From assembly GCA_010909165.1 (NCBI GenBank), contig MU008151.1, positions 620,001 to 684,000 of the forward strand: 64,000 nucleotides of DNA, written 5' to 3'. Positions within the stretch are counted from its first letter, which is position 1, and the number at the start of each line of letters is the position of its first letter. A model generated the notes under the pieces. It was not told the DNA's origin. It did not search any database and saw only the letters and a program-made list of their open reading frames with translations. This document shows positions 62,040 through 64,000 of this stretch, piece after piece. The stretch is from Anthoceros angustus. Taxonomy: Eukaryota; Plantae; Anthocerotophyta. Both the position numbers and the translations under genes were made by a program.

Positions 62040-64000
62040 AGGAGAATGGACTATCTCATGCCCATCGTGTCCGAGCTTGTGCAAATTGTCTCAGAGAGTC
62101 CCTTGGTAAGAATATCTCAGGTTCGCCGGTGAACCTTGACAAGTTGTACCTCTCGTCATCCAACACCTCTCGAATGAAGTGATACTTCACATCCACATGT
62201 TTAGTCTTCGCATGAAACATCGGATTCTTTGCCAATTGATAGCACTGCTATCACAATGCAACACCGGCACCAACCTTGATCCCCAAGTCTCCCACTAAAC
62301 GAGCAAGCCATATGGCTTCCTTGCAAGCCCCGCCACGCAACATACTCGGCCTCCGTGGTAGATAGCGAATGCACGATCGCAAACGAGATCGCCATGAGAC
62401 GCCCTCCAAAGGCACGTGAAGACATAACTCGTGGACCTCCTTTGTCCATATCCTCGTGATAATCAGATCTGTACCCAACCACACATGCATCTTCACTACC
62501 AAAACATATGCACAAAGCTTTTGTACCATTCAGATACCTCATAACTCCTTTTATCGCCTCCCAATGCTTCTTGCCGTGGTTTGACATAAACTGCTAACCA
62601 CTCCCACCGCAAAGGCAATGTCGTGACGTAGCAATCATTGCATACATCAAACTCCCTACCGATGAGTATGGGACCTTCTCCATTTCATTTTGTCCTCCTC
62701 GTAGCTTGGGCAATCCGCTTGAAAGTTTCACATATGGAGGCAATGGAGTACCCAATGGCTTCCCTTCTCCATGTTGAAACGCTAGCACCGTTAATGTATT
62801 CCTCGAGACAAATAAAGCGCGCTTATGTCTGCTCCGACGAATACGCATGCCAAGTATATGGCTCGCCTCCCAAGTCTCTATTTCAAAGTGAGCATTCAAC
62901 TTTGACTTCAACAAATCTCATCAAGACTGCTCAAAGAATTAGCATATCATCCACATAGAGGATCAAAATGAGCAAGCTTTGATCCTTAGCTTGCTTCAGA
63001 TAGAGGCAATGATCCTCATCGCCACGCTTGTAGCCTTGAGAAAGCATAAATGAGTGGAACTTGTGATACCACCTCTGGTGCCTGCTTCAAACCATAAAGG
63101 CTCTTCCTCAACTGACACCGATGCTCTTTGCCTTCTCAACAAAACCTTCATTAATGAGACGCTCTCTTGAAGGTCAACCATGCAAGAATGCCGCCTTGAC
63201 ATCCATCCGTATAAGTTCCATATCATCCCCGGCAACCAAAGCAAGAACACATCGCAAAGTCATTTTGACCATCGGTGAGAAAATCTCATCAAAGTCATAA
63301 CCCCTCTTGCTTGAAACCTCATAACCCGGTTTTGTACTTTGCTCATCGCTATTTGCACTGTGCACTCTATAGGTGCTTGTTCGACTCTGGTTCATCTATC
63401 GTGGAGGAATGTGCCCCATACATTACCACTATCAACCCCGCCATGATGATCATGTCCATCTTCTTGAAGATCACCCTTCGCACCTCCACGTTGGAGTAGG
63501 CTTCCTGCATCTTGTTCTCATTGAAGAACACGTTAGTACGAACAACCTTTCTAGCCTCGATCCCACAAACGATCCCATCTCACCGTAATCACCATAGCCA
63601 AGAAAAATACATTTCTTGGACTTAGGTGCCAACTTGTCCCAAACTCTTTGAACATGGCATGCCTCACCCAAACACTCGCAGATGCTTGTAGGATGGTTTC
63701 TTTCCGCACTATAGCTCCTCGAACTCGCTCATCAAATTTTTATTAGAGATCTAATAAGATGAACCGCAGAGACATCGCTCGCCCAAAACCCATTAGGCAA
63801 TCCGTAGTTTGACAACAAAACCACGATCCTCTCCTCGAATGGTTCTGCTCATCCGCCACCACACCATTTTGTGGAGGAGATACGCAATAATTCTTTGATT
63901 CCTTGGAATCACTGTAATGACCGAAAGCTGAAACATACTGCCACCATTATCCGTCTTAGACACTTCAATCGGTGGCGATCGATTCTCTAAGGGTGACAAA
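62040..64000 (-). mobile_element. Ty1/Copia (Tork/Tnt1-like) pol: integrase end, RT, RNase H; frameshifted and running off the window
   Basis: DNGG (INT), KLAPKSKKCIFLGYG, DFDEIFSP..MDVKAAFLHG, YVDDMLI (about 62950), HWEAIKGVMRYL, STTEAEYVA and HAKTKHVDVKYHFIRE. Confidence 0.92.

Noticed and set aside
1-64000. tRNA, rRNA or snoRNA genes
   Set aside because: None were recognisable by eye. Only PBS motifs complementary to tRNA 3' ends were seen. tRNAscan-SE or Infernal would be needed to exclude them.

Overview
Eukaryotic, land-plant nuclear DNA. Short introns of about 60-160 bp, compact housekeeping genes and about 50% GC suggest a lycophyte such as Selaginella; this is an inference. The window has four parts. 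(1) About 0.4-15 kb: a large degenerate DNA-transposon-like block with tandem arrays, a Sola-type DDD transposase on + and a frameshifted minus-strand gene that reconstructs as a ParB/Srx-like domain followed by a beta-class N6A/N4C DNA methyltransferase. (2) About 15-25.5 kb: nested retroelements, including a Copia, a CRE-type non-LTR element with a restriction-like endonuclease and Gypsy remnants. (3) About 25.5-48.5 kb: a gene island with a tandem F-box/LRR duplication, a cryptic bulb-lectin-like gene, a PAP/fibrillin gene, eIF4A, a PMT-type methyltransferase, SNU13 and a SYP3 syntaxin. (4) About 48.7-64 kb: a second CRE remnant, a Gypsy element with extra ORFs and a Tork/Tnt1-like Copia. 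Single-base indels are common in repeats and some genes, so some frameshifts may be long-read assembly errors. All protein assignments come from motif recognition by eye; no searches were run. The best candidate for an undescribed system is the transposase plus ParB-methyltransferase module.
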